Below, in pieces: positions 24,264 through 25,036 of a stretch of DNA of 25,036 nt. Location: the IMG/VR virus record IMGVR_UViG_3300009095_000066, positions 1-25,036 of that record, one strand, 5' to 3'. This DNA comes from a virus. Its lineage: Duplodnaviria > Caudoviricetes. Made by a program: the position numbers and the translations under genes. Numbering within the stretch: position 1 is the stretch's first letter; every line of letters starts with the position of its first letter. Below the pieces are notes generated by a model. It made no database searches. It was not told the origin of the DNA and was given only the letters and a program-made list of their open reading frames with translations.

Positions 24264-24440
24264 TCAATCCGTGATGTGCCACTGAAAATGATAGCCTTTA
24301 TGCGTCTTTCTCTTCATTCGAAGCACATCTGAGACACCATTTGACGTCCCTCCAACCGCTTCTGCAGCAGCTTTAGCCGTCGGATAGACCTTTCCCGTCT
24401 CTACAATCTTGACTGGCTTACGAATATATGACCGTTTCAC
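24264..24440 (-). CDS. Stand-alone NUMOD1-like DNA-binding protein (58 aa)
   Basis: Not in ORF track. GTG at 24440 to TGA at 24264 gives MKRSYIRKPVKIVETGKVYPTAKAAAEAVGGTSNGVSDVLRMKRKTHKGYHFQWHITD, which is similar to the C-terminus of the upstream ORF. Confidence 0.75.
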   Translation of the reverse strand: MKRSYIRKPVKIVETGKVYPTAKAAAEAVGGTSNGVSDVLRMKRKTHKGYHFQWHITD

Positions 24441-24473
24441 AACATCACATCCGCCATCAGATCACCAACCTCT

Positions 24474-24977
24474 CTACACATACCGATACGAAAACCCCTT
24501 ATGCGTCTTTAACTTCCCAGCAAGACACATAGAGATGTTAGACCGCGCTCCCCCTACACTCCGTGCAACCTCGGCAGCACTAGCGAAGACCTGCCCCGTC
24601 TCTACAATCTCGATCATACCGTTGTGGCGCAAGTCAAGCGTACGCACATACCCATCACGATAGTGAACCCTCTCTCCGTTATAAACCACATCAAGATTAT
24701 CCAACCGCACATCCAACCAATTCCCGTTAATCGGGCGATGAGCCATACCAGGTTTTTGATTACGATAGAACGCGTGAAACATCAAGAAGAACACTGTCTT
24801 CGCACAATACACCCCATTAGGAAGTGTTTCGCTCACACAGAGCTGACCTTCTTCAACGAAAGTGACAACATCACGCACGCCGAACTGATCGTAGATACGA
24901 ACCCGTCCGAGACTGCTCACCTCCAACTGAGGCATGTTGATCTTTCCCAGCCTGCGCCATTCTTCCTCATCTAACAA
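24474..24977 (-). CDS. NUMOD4-HNH-NUMOD1 homing-endonuclease-like protein with degenerate HNH
   Basis: EEWRRL..VSSLGRVR (NUMOD4), INGNWLDVRLDNL (HNH-like), IVETGQVFASAAEVAR..KTHKGF (NUMOD1). Likely TTG start at 24977 after AAGGAG. Confidence 0.75.
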   Translation of the reverse strand: MLDEEEWRRLGKINMPQLEVSSLGRVRIYDQFGVRDVVTFVEEGQLCVSETLPNGVYCAKTVFFLMFHAFYRNQKPGMAHRPINGNWLDVRLDNLDVVYNGERVHYRDGYVRTLDLRHNGMIEIVETGQVFASAAEVARSVGGARSNISMCLAGKLKTHKGFSYRYV

Positions 24978-25035
24978 CAGCCATCTCCTTATCCATCCAG
25001 CTCCATAATGCGAGAAGGAACTGTACATCATTATC
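24967..25035 (-). CDS. Possible 3' end of an upstream gene, truncated by window edge
   Basis: Open frame ..DNDVQFLLALWSWMDKEMAVVR* ends overlapping the next start. Too short to identify. Confidence 0.3.
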   Translation of the reverse strand, partial: DNDVQFLLALWSWMDKEMAVVR

Positions 25036-25036
25036 A

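Noticed and set aside
24072-24332. 86-aa plus-strand ORF with a repeated STLNLRDCY peptide
   Set aside because: By-product of the 30-nt-period DNA repeat. It is on the opposite strand and overlaps the NUMOD1 gene.

Overview
The window is part of a siphovirus genome, and every credible gene lies on the minus strand. Gene order and a CGCCGGCCT motif suggest an actinobacteriophage similar to the AM/AU/AW/BI/CC/DJ/EL clusters (recalled, not searched). The window appears to run across the joined genome ends, with a putative cos site at ~19460. In transcription order the right arm has a degenerate NUMOD4-HNH-NUMOD1 gene, a small stand-alone NUMOD1 gene, an AT-rich array of palindromes and iteron-like repeats (probable origin), a VRR-NUC nuclease, a PD-(D/E)XK nuclease, a 1041-aa protein and a small acidic protein. 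After cos come putative TerS, packaging HNH, three fibre-like genes, head-tail adaptor, M15 endolysin, TerL, three 'HYGxKGMKWG' proteins, portal, a coiled-coil protein, a protease-capsid fusion, and tail genes to the tape measure and a truncated Dit-like gene. The most interesting element is the 1041-aa protein: it carries the motifs of a single-chain two-barrel (DFDGD) RNA polymerase with three HTH domains, fused to an N-terminal 2H phosphoesterase (Acb1-like fold). A strand-specific 11-mer (TCAAAATRGGA, 7 copies, all in the virion module) is a candidate promoter for it. A shared hydrophobic-x-His / HYG..WG peptide may be a capsid-targeting or protease-cleavage tag. The functional links are inferences; no database searches were run.
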